This document shows positions 10,308-19,094 of a stretch of 64,000 nt of DNA, piece after piece. Location of the stretch: NCBI GenBank assembly GCA_963778815.1, contig CAVZVS010000005.1, positions 30,653 to 94,652 on the forward strand. The letters are read 5' to 3'. The notes beneath the pieces are model-generated. The model was not told where the DNA came from, did not search any database, and worked only from the letters and a program-made list of their open reading frames with translations. Each line of letters begins with the position of its first letter. Positions within the stretch are counted from its first letter, which is position 1. The stretch is from an uncultured Chloroflexia bacterium. GTDB taxonomy: Bacteria > Chloroflexota > Limnocylindria > Limnocylindrales > CSP1-4. The position numbers and the translations under genes were made by a program.

Positions 10308-11105
10308 GTGACCGAACATACGCCTTCGGGCGGGTCCGCCCGCCATCGGAGTGGGCGGGTGACGATCAAGCCCAAGGCGGCCGAACACCTCTCGACCGAT
10401 TCGGCCGTGACCGAGGACGAGAAGCTCTTCGCCCGTTCGACCCGTCCGGCCTTCCTCGGTGAGGATCCCTGGCGAGTCCTGCGGATCATGTCCGAGTTCG
10501 TCGACGGCTTCGACGCCCTGGCCGAGGTCGGTCCGGCGGTCACCGTGTTCGGCTCGGCCCGGGTCCCCGAAGGCTCGGCCATCTACGAACAGGCCCGCGA
10601 GATCGGTCGGAGCCTGGCCCGCGACGGCTGGGCGGTGATCACCGGTGGTGGACCCGGCGTGATGGCGGCGGCCAACCGCGGCTGCCAGGAGGCGGGCGGG
10701 CTGTCCATCGGCTGCAACATCGAGCTGCCCCATGAGCAGTCGGTCAATCCCTACGTGGACCTGGCCGTCGAGTTCCGCTACTTCTTCGCCCGCAAGACGA
10801 TGTTCGTAAAGTACGCCGATGCGTTCGTGATCATGCCCGGTGGCTTCGGCACGCTGGATGAGCTGTTCGAGGCGTTGACCCTGATCCAGACCGGCAAGAT
10901 CCGGCACTTCCCGGTGGTCCTGGTCGGGACCGAGTACTGGGCCGGACTGATCGACTGGGCGCGCGACACGCTGATCGCCGATGGCACGGTGTCCGAGGCG
11001 GACCTGGCCCTGCTGACCCTGACCGACGATCCGGAAGAGGTCTGCCGGGTGGTCCGCGCCTTCGCCCGGGCCAATCACATCGGCACGCCGACCAGCCCCG
11101 GCTGA
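10308..11105 (+). CDS. LOG family nucleotide monophosphate phosphoribohydrolase (TIGR00730-like)
   Basis: VTVFGSAR, ITGGGPG.M, FFARK.MF, PGGFGTLDELFE. Confidence 0.92.
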   Translation: MTEHTPSGGSARHRSGRVTIKPKAAEHLSTDSAVTEDEKLFARSTRPAFLGEDPWRVLRIMSEFVDGFDALAEVGPAVTVFGSARVPEGSAIYEQAREIGRSLARDGWAVITGGGPGVMAAANRGCQEAGGLSIGCNIELPHEQSVNPYVDLAVEFRYFFARKTMFVKYADAFVIMPGGFGTLDELFEALTLIQTGKIRHFPVVLVGTEYWAGLIDWARDTLIADGTVSEADLALLTLTDDPEEVCRVVRAFARANHIGTPTSPG

Positions 11106-11211
11106 GGGCACGAGGGGACGCGTTCCGGCGACCCAGCAGTGGCGCCGGTAGCATCGATGGTGCTCGGCGCGGCGCCCGGTCGAGATTTCTGCGTCAGGCT
11201 GGGCCTCTCGA

Positions 11212-11422
11212 TATGACCACCATGAATAGGAACCCGGCCAGCTACCCGCCTGGACGTCTGATCAGGTCGGATCCGTCGCCCTGACGGCTGGGATATGACC
11301 ACCATTGCCAGGAAGCTGGCTGGCGGCTCCGATCCAGGTCGGATCGCAACGTCGCGTGCCTTAGGCGGCACTGGCTGGCCCGGGATCGTCGTTTCGGATG
11401 CAGGCTAGCAATGGCCGTTCTA
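11212..11422. repeat. Intergenic triplet of 17-bp pseudo-palindromic motif (copy A)
   Basis: 11212-11228 TATGACCACCATGAATA; 11294-11310 TATGACCACCATTGCCA; 11406-11422 reverse complement TAGAACGGCCATTGCTA. Confidence 0.6.
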
Positions 11423-11529
11423 GCGCGCCGGCCGGGACCCCCGCGCAACGCGGGATCAGCAGCACGGGCACCCTCGCCCGGCGCGGAGCGCGGGCACCCT
11501 CGTCGCGCAGCGTGGACTGCCAACGGCCG

Positions 11530-12015
11530 TCAGCCGGGCAGCGCGACCTCGATCCGACCGTCGGCGATGCGGACCGGGTAGTAGCGGAAGCGGCGGACGC
11601 GGGTCAGGCGTCGCGCCTCGGCCTTCTTGCCCGGCGGGTCCTCCTTGGGATCGCCGCCGGCCGGTGACCAGGTCGGGTGGTAGCGCCCGTCAGGGTCGAG
11701 GCCGCCGGTCGTCGGCATCTGGACCGGCTCGCCGGTGGCCAGGTCGAACCGCCCGTTGTGGAGTGGACAGGCCACGACGCAGCCGTCGAGCTCGCCGATC
11801 GACAACGGTGCCGACATGTGCGGGCAGCGGTCGTCGACGGCCATGATCCCGTCAGGCGTATGGGCCAGCAGGAGGTCGAGATCGCCGCGGCTGACCCGGC
11901 GCATCGCACCTGGCGGCAGCTCGGCAAGGTCGAGGACCGGCTCGAACGCTTCGGCCTCCCGGCCCGTGCCGAGCGCCTGGAGCTGAGCGGGGAAGGCGGC
12001 CGGTCGGGGTTCCAT
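11530..12015 (-). CDS. Rieske [2Fe-2S] ferredoxin with internal insertion
   Basis: CPHMSAPL and VACPLHNGRFDLATG; C-terminal YPVRI. Confidence 0.88.
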   Translation of the reverse strand: MEPRPAAFPAQLQALGTGREAEAFEPVLDLAELPPGAMRRVSRGDLDLLLAHTPDGIMAVDDRCPHMSAPLSIGELDGCVVACPLHNGRFDLATGEPVQMPTTGGLDPDGRYHPTWSPAGGDPKEDPPGKKAEARRLTRVRRFRYYPVRIADGRIEVALPG

Positions 12016-12035
12016 CAGTCGAATGCTACCTGCCC

Positions 12036-12076
12036 AAGACGAACGACGGCCCCGGTGGGATCCACCGGGGCCGTCG
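12036..12076 (-). terminator. Intrinsic terminator after MFS gene
   Basis: Perfect 15-bp stem 12044-12058/12062-12076, 3-nt loop, followed on minus strand by TTCGTCTT. Confidence 0.7.
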
Positions 12077-12097
12077 AACGAGGAGGAGGAGCGAAGG

Positions 12098-13831
12098 TCA
12101 GTCGCCGATCGCCGTGCTGGCCGAGACCGGATCGGCCTTGCCCGACGAGACAGCCGCCTCGGCCATCGCCGCGGACGGGACCGGCGCCGTGTTGGAGGTG
12201 CGTAGCGGGATCTCCTTGATCGCGATCGCGGCGATCAACGCGAGCACCGAACCGACCACGCCCAGCCAGAATGACTGGGCCGTCGCGAGGCTGAAGGCCC
12301 CGTGGATGCCCTGGACCATGGCATCGATGAACGGCGTGACCGCGGCCTGGAACTGGGCGGGGATGGCGGCCAAGAGCGCCGCGCCCTGGTCACCGACGCC
12401 GGTCAGGGCACTGAAATCGAACGAGCCGCTGCTGCTCGCCTGGGTGAACCCGTCAACGACCGGTTGGGGGACGCCGGCGGCGCTCATCTGCGGGATGAGG
12501 TGGTCCTGGAACGAGGTCGCGAAGATCGTACCCACGAATGCGAGCGCGATCGTCCCGCCGATCTGGCGGAAGAAGGTCAGGTTCGACGTGGCCACGCCGA
12601 GCTCCTTGAACGGGACCGCGTTCTGGATGACGATCGTGGGCACAGAGAACGTCGTTCCGACGCCCAGGCCGGCGATGAACATCCACAGCCACACGACCGG
12701 CACCGGTGTGTCCTTGGTGAGTTGGGTCATGAGCAGGACCCCAAGGCCCATCACGGCGACGGATCCGACGATCAGCCACTTGTACTTGCCGGTCCTCGAC
12801 ACGATCAGGCCGGACACGATCGAACTGCCGATGAGACCGATCATGAGCGGCAGCAGGGCAAGACCGGAGTTGGTCGGCGAGAAGCCCTCGACCACCTGGA
12901 ACCAGCGGGGCAGGAAGACGATCGCGCCGAAGAAGGCGAAGGCGGCGAAGAAGACCGAGACCATGGTGGCCGAGTAGGTCCGGCTCTTCCACAGGTCGAG
13001 CGGGACGATCGGCTCCTTGGCGCGCGACTCGGCCAGGATGAACAGCAAGGTCCCGATGAGGCCGACGATGATGAACCCGCCGACCGTCGCCCCGGCCCAG
13101 TCGCCGAACTGCTTGTTGGTCAAGCCGACCAGCAGGAAGACCATCGAGACCGTGAAGATCGCCCCGCCGATCAAGTCGAAGTTCCGCTCTGCCGAGGGTG
13201 TCTTGACCGTCGGCAGCAAGCGCTGGATGACGATCAGAGCGACGATCCCGATCGGGATGTTGACGTAGAAGATCGCGTGCCAGCCGATGTTCTCGGTCAG
13301 CCAACCGCCGATGAGCGGGCCGGCGACGAAGGCGATCCCGAAGACCGCCCCGAAGAGGCCCTGGTACTTGCCCCGCTCCTGAGGAGTGAACAGGTCGCCG
13401 ATGATCGCGAGCGCCACCGGGAACAGCGCGCCGGCGCCGATGCCCTGGATGCCCCGGAAGAGGATCAGCATCGCCATGTTCTGGCTGAGGCCGGACAGCG
13501 CCGAGCCGATCAGGAAGATCACGATGCCGAGCATGTAGATCGGCTTGCGTCCGTAGAGGTCGGACAGCTTGCCCCAGAACGGCACGCTGATCGTGCTGGT
13601 CAGCAGGTAGATTGTGATGGCCCAGACGTAGTAGTCGTTGCCACTCAGCTGGGTGACGATGGTCGGCAGGGCCGGCCCGACGATGGTCTGGTCGAGGGCG
13701 CCGAGGAACAGCCCCAGCATGACCGCGAAGAGGATCTCCATCTTCGCGCGGTGGGAGAGCCCGAGGGCTGGGTCTTCTTGGAGGGACGGTGCGAAGCCCC
13801 TTCCGTCGTCGGCGAATCCGCCTTCCATCAT
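12098..13831 (-). CDS. MFS multidrug efflux transporter, DHA2 (EmrB/QacA) family
   Basis: ALDQTIV..ALP, GKLSDLYGRK, RGIQGIGAG, W..IFYVNIPIG; 14 TM. Confidence 0.92.
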   Translation of the reverse strand: MMEGGFADDGRGFAPSLQEDPALGLSHRAKMEILFAVMLGLFLGALDQTIVGPALPTIVTQLSGNDYYVWAITIYLLTSTISVPFWGKLSDLYGRKPIYMLGIVIFLIGSALSGLSQNMAMLILFRGIQGIGAGALFPVALAIIGDLFTPQERGKYQGLFGAVFGIAFVAGPLIGGWLTENIGWHAIFYVNIPIGIVALIVIQRLLPTVKTPSAERNFDLIGGAIFTVSMVFLLVGLTNKQFGDWAGATVGGFIIVGLIGTLLFILAESRAKEPIVPLDLWKSRTYSATMVSVFFAAFAFFGAIVFLPRWFQVVEGFSPTNSGLALLPLMIGLIGSSIVSGLIVSRTGKYKWLIVGSVAVMGLGVLLMTQLTKDTPVPVVWLWMFIAGLGVGTTFSVPTIVIQNAVPFKELGVATSNLTFFRQIGGTIALAFVGTIFATSFQDHLIPQMSAAGVPQPVVDGFTQASSSGSFDFSALTGVGDQGAALLAAIPAQFQAAVTPFIDAMVQGIHGAFSLATAQSFWLGVVGSVLALIAAIAIKEIPLRTSNTAPVPSAAMAEAAVSSGKADPVSASTAIGD

Positions 13832-14382
13832 GGCCTGCTGCTCTCCCTTCCCTGAGTCCCAACGGACTCTTCATGGCGTAGGTGCTCGTGGTAGATCCCG
13901 AATCGGTCGGGGTGTTCGATCTCCTCGGCCCGGACGGCCGCCCGGAAATCGATGAGGGCCAGGTGGAGCCGATCCAGCCGTTCGTCGTCGAGTCGCTCGA
14001 GGACGGCGGTCATCAGGTCGCGCTTCATGATCTGGATCTCGTCGAGAAGGTCCGTCCCGACCTGGGTCAGTCGGACGAGCACGACTCGACGGTCCTCTCG
14101 GTCGCGGATCCGTTCGATCAGACCGCGCTCCTCCATCCGGTCGACCAGCCCCGTGGCGTTGGACAGCGACACGTCCAGGAAGTCCGCCAGTCGGCTCATC
14201 GCCAACTCGCCCGACTCTTCGAGGCGCCACATGACGTGGACTTGCGTCATGCTGACGCCCTGCTTCACCATCCGGCCGGTAGCCGCACAGCGGAGCAGGC
14301 GGACCGAGCCGTTGAGCTCGTCGGTGATCCCCTCAAGGGTATCGCGACGAGTCGTCGAAGCGGTCGAAGAAGTTCGTGTCAC
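13828..14382 (-). CDS. MarR family transcriptional regulator
   Basis: LADFLDVSLSNATGLVDRMEERGLIER..D..DRRVV.V.LT; TATGAT 7 nt before GTG 14382 (track start 14394). Confidence 0.9.
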   Translation of the reverse strand: MTRTSSTASTTRRDTLEGITDELNGSVRLLRCAATGRMVKQGVSMTQVHVMWRLEESGELAMSRLADFLDVSLSNATGLVDRMEERGLIERIRDREDRRVVLVRLTQVGTDLLDEIQIMKRDLMTAVLERLDDERLDRLHLALIDFRAAVRAEEIEHPDRFGIYHEHLRHEESVGTQGRESSRP

Positions 14383-14470
14383 GTGAACTATCATACTGAT
14401 GCGGATAATCCTGTCAAACGAGACTATTCAGGTGGTCGGGTCGATCGGGAGCCCGCCCGAACGGAGGATC

Positions 14471-15415
14471 GTGCGTTACGTCCTGATGATCGAGGCCCAG
14501 CAGGGCTTGACCTACGAGGATCAGCTCGCCGTGGCGCTCCATGCCGAGGCGGCCGGCTTCGAGGCCCTCTTCCGGTCGGATCACTACGAGAGCTTCCCCG
14601 GCCCGGCCGGTCGTCCGACGACGGATGCCTGGACCGTCTTGGCCGGCCTGGCCCGAGAGACGCGGACGATCCGACTCGGCGTCCTCGTCTCGCCGGTCAC
14701 CTTCCGACCGCCCGGGACGATGGCCAAGATCGCCGCGACCGTGGACCACATGAGCGGTGGCCGGGTGGAGCTCGGCCTCGGAGCCGGCTGGAACCTCGAT
14801 GAGCATCGTCGTCACGGCGTGCCGTTCCCGCCGATCGCCGAGCGGGCCGACATGCTCGAGGAGCAGCTGGCCATCGTGGCCGGCCTGTGGGGTCCGGACG
14901 GCTGGTCCTTCGCCGGTGAGCACTACCAGGTCGAGGACACGATCTTCCAGCCCAAACCGGTCCAGCAGCCGCGCCCGCCGATCATCGTCGGGGGCGAGGG
15001 ATCGCCGCGATCGCTGCGGATCGCCGCCAAGCATGCCGACGAGTTCAACCTGACCGCCTCAGACCCCGCCCGCGCTGCCGACCGCTACGCCAAGCTGGCC
15101 GATGCCTGCCGGACCATCGGCCGCGATCCGGCCACGATCCGACGTTCGGCGATGGTCGGGACCCTGATGGGTCGCGACGCGACCGAGCTCGCCGCCCGGA
15201 AGCAGGCACTCCTGGCGGAGTTCACCCACGATGAGCAGGGCGATGAGTGGTTCGCGACCCGCGAACAGCGCTGGATCTTCGGGACGCCCGACCAGGTCCG
15301 AGCCAGGGTCGCGGAGTTCGCGGCTGCCGGCGTGGAGCGACTGGTGCTCCAGGACTTCCTGCCTCGCGACCTCGACATGATCGACCAGCTCGGCGAGGTG
15401 CTGGTCCGGGCCTAG
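14471..15415 (+). CDS. LLM-class (probably F420-dependent) oxidoreductase
   Basis: FRSDHY, DAWT.LAGLARET.TIRLG.LVSP.TFR.PG, D.MSGGR.ELGLGAGW; GGAGG before GTG 14471. Confidence 0.9.
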   Translation: MRYVLMIEAQQGLTYEDQLAVALHAEAAGFEALFRSDHYESFPGPAGRPTTDAWTVLAGLARETRTIRLGVLVSPVTFRPPGTMAKIAATVDHMSGGRVELGLGAGWNLDEHRRHGVPFPPIAERADMLEEQLAIVAGLWGPDGWSFAGEHYQVEDTIFQPKPVQQPRPPIIVGGEGSPRSLRIAAKHADEFNLTASDPARAADRYAKLADACRTIGRDPATIRRSAMVGTLMGRDATELAARKQALLAEFTHDEQGDEWFATREQRWIFGTPDQVRARVAEFAAAGVERLVLQDFLPRDLDMIDQLGEVLVRA

Positions 15416-15422
15416 CGGTGCC

Positions 15423-15477
15423 GGCTCAGCCCTCGGCCACGGCTCAGCCCTCGGCCACGGGCTCAACCCTCGGCGCG
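15423..15477. repeat. Three near-tandem 18-bp copies GGCTCAGCCCTCGGCCAC
   Basis: 15423-15440, 15441-15458 and a diverged copy 15460-15477 containing the SIS gene stop. Confidence 0.8.
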
Positions 15478-16662
15478 GGCGGCGGCTGCCGCGTAGATCG
15501 GGTCGGTCCGGCGGATCGGGTCCGGGTTGGTCCCGACGACCCGGGCCAGCCGCTCGACGATCAGCTGGAGCGGGGTCGCACTGCCCAGGACCGAGGCGAC
15601 CGGCGCGGGCAGGCCGCTCGCCTCCGGAACGACGATCCGGCCCATCGGAGTGAGCGACGGATCCAGGAGAGCGGCGATGTCGGCGGACAGGATCGCCCCG
15701 ACCCGGATGCCGATCTCGCCGGCCGCTTCGAGCGCCTGGCGCGCTCGTCCGACCCGCTCAGCTCGGGCCCGACGATCGGTCAGGATGAGGATCAGGCCGG
15801 TCGTCCGGTCGGTCGACGGCAGGTGACCGTGGAGGAACGTTTCGAGGTTCCGTGAAGCGGCCGGGATCCAGGTCCCCTCCTCGAACTTGAGGACCATCTC
15901 GCGGGCCGCCGTCCGGTCGGCGCCCGACCCGATGGTCAGGATCGGTCGGCAGACCCCGAGCCCGTCGGCGATGGCTTCCGCCGCGACGGTCGCCTCGCGG
16001 TCGATACCCGCCGCCATCAACCGGCGAATGACTGCCGGGTCGATCGGCTCGCCGCTCAGGATCGCTCCGACGACCGCGCCGGCCAGCAGGGGAGAGGTGT
16101 AGCCGATCGTGTGGCAGTAACTCTGGTCCCGCTCGAGGGTCTCGACCACGATGTCGATGCCCTGTGCTCCGGGTGCCTGGCCGCTGACGGTGATGATCGC
16201 GGTCCGGGCGCCGACAGCGCGGGCAGCGTCGATCGCCTGCGTCGTAGCGGCGGTGGCCCCATCGTGGCTGATCCCGATGCATAGCCCGCCACGGGGCTCG
16301 AGCGAGGCCTCGAATGCCTGGATGGCTGTCGGACCGTGGCCGGGCAGGCCTGCTCGGGCCCAGGCGTCGCGCAGGATCTCGGCCACACCGAGAGCCCCGT
16401 GCTCGCTGGTGCCGCAACCGAGCACGCTGACCGGCGCTCCGGCCGCTGCGGCCTCGCGCAGGGCGGTCGCCAGGCGGGTCGCGCCTCCGTTCGGTCCCTC
16501 GTCGACCAGGCGCGTGATCAGGCGCTCGGCGAACGCCGGTTCAGCCTCGATCATCTCGGTCATGAACCAGGGTGGAGCCCCGCGGTCGACCGGCCGCTCG
16601 GCCCAGTGCCACGGATCGGGTGGGCCGGGGAGCGGCTGCTCGGGATCGAACGCTTCAGGCAT
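15463..16662 (-). CDS. SIS-domain sugar-phosphate isomerase/deaminase-like protein (GlmS/AgaS-like)
   Basis: EMIEAEP, LGCGTSEH, GISHDG.T, SYCHT.GY, K.EEG.W; start placed at ATG 16662 behind TATCAT. Confidence 0.8.
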   Translation of the reverse strand: MPEAFDPEQPLPGPPDPWHWAERPVDRGAPPWFMTEMIEAEPAFAERLITRLVDEGPNGGATRLATALREAAAAGAPVSVLGCGTSEHGALGVAEILRDAWARAGLPGHGPTAIQAFEASLEPRGGLCIGISHDGATAATTQAIDAARAVGARTAIITVSGQAPGAQGIDIVVETLERDQSYCHTIGYTSPLLAGAVVGAILSGEPIDPAVIRRLMAAGIDREATVAAEAIADGLGVCRPILTIGSGADRTAAREMVLKFEEGTWIPAASRNLETFLHGHLPSTDRTTGLILILTDRRARAERVGRARQALEAAGEIGIRVGAILSADIAALLDPSLTPMGRIVVPEASGLPAPVASVLGSATPLQLIVERLARVVGTNPDPIRRTDPIYAAAAARAEG

Positions 16663-16817
16663 CACCCGATGATAGGCGGGTCGCGGCGTGGCCCGAGCTG
16701 CGGTCCGTCCAGCGCGACGTGGTGGCGGTCGGTGCGACGAGGTTGGTCGGTGCGGGCCGCGCATCGGCGACCTGCCCGCCCGCAAGGTGCGATCGTGGAT
16801 CGCGCCGACACATCCCG

Positions 16818-16985
16818 TATCACTGCCATTGTTAGCCAAGGCCCTACGAGCCTGGATCTCCAATTCCGACGACCTCGATGGCCTCGCGTATCCATCAGCC
16901 TGATATTCGGGGCCATAGGAGGCTCAGAACTGGGAGTCGAGGGTGACGAGCACGGTTGAACCGACTCCTAACAGTGCCTCTGATA
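16818..16985. repeat. Intergenic triplet of 17-bp pseudo-palindromic motif (copy C)
   Basis: 16818-16834 TATCACTGCCATTGTTA; 16889-16905 TATCCATCAGCCTGATA; 16969-16985 TAACAGTGCCTCTGATA. Confidence 0.6.
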
Positions 16986-17033
16986 TTCCGCCTCTGGGAG
17001 CGGCCGGCTGCGCGTCACGCCGCCTCGGTCTGC

Positions 17034-17510
17034 TCAGCGCTCGAGACGACCGATGCGCCCGGCGGGACCGTAGCGGAACCAGGCGCGGGCGAGCAACCGA
17101 TCCAGCCCGACCGGCCCGTAGTCCCGCGAGTCGTGGGACGCCGCCCGGTCGTCACCGAGCAGCCAGGCCTGGGTCGGGTCGAGGCGGATCGGTCCGTCGT
17201 GGGTCCGGATCACATCACCGGGCCGGGCGGCGACGCGCTTGATCGCCAGCAGCTCGCTGTCCGGCTCCCGGACGACCACGATCGTGCCCCGCCGCGGCCA
17301 CTCGCGGACCGTCGGGTCGGTCAGCAGCCAGTCGCCCGGTTCGAGCGCCGGGTTCATCGACTCCTCGACCACGGCGACCCGCCACGGCCCATCCCGGACA
17401 TCGCCGACAAGCCGCCCGGCCATGTCGGATCCGGGCACCTGCCCGGCGACACCGGGGATCCGTCCCACGACACCGGGTAGCAGGCCCGCGACGCGGCGGA
17501 CGGCGCCCAC
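17034..17510 (-). CDS. sodX: Nickel SOD maturation protease (S26 family)
   Basis: ESM.PAL.PGDWLL, IKRV, WLLGDD...S.DSRDYGPV; directly downstream of sodN; start uncertain. Confidence 0.85.
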   Translation of the reverse strand: MGAVRRVAGLLPGVVGRIPGVAGQVPGSDMAGRLVGDVRDGPWRVAVVEESMNPALEPGDWLLTDPTVREWPRRGTIVVVREPDSELLAIKRVAARPGDVIRTHDGPIRLDPTQAWLLGDDRAASHDSRDYGPVGLDRLLARAWFRYGPAGRIGRLER

Positions 17511-17523
17511 GCCCGACGGACGC

Positions 17524-17943
17524 TTACTTCTTGGTCGACCAGAAGATGTCGGAGAACTCCTTGACCGCGACCTCCAGCTGGGCGGCGGCCTCGGCGTCGA
17601 TGTTCTGCTTGTTCTTGCCGGCCAGCTTGAGCAGGTTCCAGACCTTGGTGTGGAGGTCCGGGTTGGCCTCGAGATGCTCAGGCTTGAAGTAGTCGGACCA
17701 GATGACCTGGACCTCGCGCTTGACGATCTCAGCGTGCTCTTCCTTGACCGTGACGCAGCGGATGAACTTGTTGCGATCGGCCAGGGCGGTCGAACCGGCG
17801 TCGATCCCGCCGATCAGCTCGACCATCCGGGCGACGGTCCGGGCAGCCTGGGTGGCGCCGGCCGGGTCGTAGATCCCGCAGGGGATGTCGCAGTGGGCGC
17901 GGACGACGGTCTTGGGCGCGAGCCAGCCAGTGAGTCGGGACAT
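17524..17943 (-). CDS. sodN: Nickel superoxide dismutase precursor
   Basis: Ni-hook AHCDIPCGIYDP after short propeptide; KEEHA..VK, IWSDYFKP; RBS GAGGTG. Confidence 0.96.
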   Translation of the reverse strand: MSRLTGWLAPKTVVRAHCDIPCGIYDPAGATQAARTVARMVELIGGIDAGSTALADRNKFIRCVTVKEEHAEIVKREVQVIWSDYFKPEHLEANPDLHTKVWNLLKLAGKNKQNIDAEAAAQLEVAVKEFSDIFWSTKK

Positions 17944-18118
17944 GGGACACCTCGGGCAGTGGTGGTTCCGAACGGTCGCCAAAGTGTCCAAGTCCCAGCC
18001 CGGGGTGTCAAACGAGCGGCGGGGCGAAGCTGGTACCGACGTCGCGAGTCGCAAGAGCGTGCTCGTCTGGGCCGATGAGGACGTCGATCGCGGTCAGATC
18101 GTCATCCGATGGGTCACG

Positions 18119-19003
18119 TTAGAAGACGGTGTTCCAGTCGTTCTTCATGCTGACGACCGTCCAGCCCAGCTTCTTGGCCTTGGCCAGCGAGGCCTCGCCA
18201 CCATTGGTATAGGCGAACTCGCGGTGCGCATCGTCATGGTTCACGAGTACGGAGAACCGGGCAGCTTCGAGCATCTCGATATCGACGTCGGCGTTCCCGC
18301 CGGCGAACACCGGGAGTCGGCCGGTCTGAGCGAAGATGTGCTCTGGCTTACCCGGACCGATGTCGACCCCACCGAGCACGTGCTCACCCCGGATGATCCG
18401 CCCATCGGTGTAGCTGTACTCGGCAGCGGTCCCGATCACGTTCTCCTTGTAGATGCCCCATGTCTCCTCGGCGAAGACGCGCATGAAGTCGCGCCCGCCA
18501 CCGGAGCACACGAACACCCGGAACTGCTCTGCCTTGAGGTACTCCAGGAGCTCGAGCATGGGCTTGTACACGAGTTCGATGTACAAGGCGCCAAGCTTCG
18601 GCTGCTTCACGGTGGTGAGCCACACCCGGACCTGGGCGTCGAACTCGTCGGGCGTCGTCCCCTGCCAGGAACGGGAGAAGGCCGCCAGCAGCGCGCCGAC
18701 GGCCTCCGGCTCCTGGGTCGCGATGGCCCCGAAGAAGGCCGGATCCCTGGTCAGGATGGCCTTGTACGGTTGCTGCTCGGCCAGGGATGGGTCCGCCCTC
18801 ACTTCGTCGGCCCACTTGCGGAAGACGAAGTCGAACTGGGGCGGTAGCGGCTGCTCGACCCACAACGTGCCGTCGTTGTCGAACGTCGCGATCCGGTCCG
18901 CGACTCCGACGAAGTCAGGTCCAGGCGCCGTCGCCCGGGAGATGAAGTCGACGATGGCTCGTTTCGCCGGTCCGTCGTTCCAACTCTGAAGTCGGTCAGC
19001 CAT
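18119..19003 (-). CDS. HAD-superfamily hydrolase (sulfatase-associated type)
   Basis: ATFDNDGTLWVEQP, Y.PM.ELL.YL, CSGGGRDFMR, GGNAD.DIEML. Confidence 0.88.
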   Translation of the reverse strand: MADRLQSWNDGPAKRAIVDFISRATAPGPDFVGVADRIATFDNDGTLWVEQPLPPQFDFVFRKWADEVRADPSLAEQQPYKAILTRDPAFFGAIATQEPEAVGALLAAFSRSWQGTTPDEFDAQVRVWLTTVKQPKLGALYIELVYKPMLELLEYLKAEQFRVFVCSGGGRDFMRVFAEETWGIYKENVIGTAAEYSYTDGRIIRGEHVLGGVDIGPGKPEHIFAQTGRLPVFAGGNADVDIEMLEAARFSVLVNHDDAHREFAYTNGGEASLAKAKKLGWTVVSMKNDWNTVF

Positions 19004-19094
19004 GAGGAACGGACGCCTCCATCTTCACAGGGTCTCGGGTCAGGCCCATCGTATCCGCCCCTCAGTCGTGCGGCTGACGATCGACCCGTCCCCG

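Noticed and set aside
14375-14390. parS-like palindrome around CACGTG
   Set aside because: Only partial match to TGTTTCACGTGAAACA and it coincides with the marR start codon
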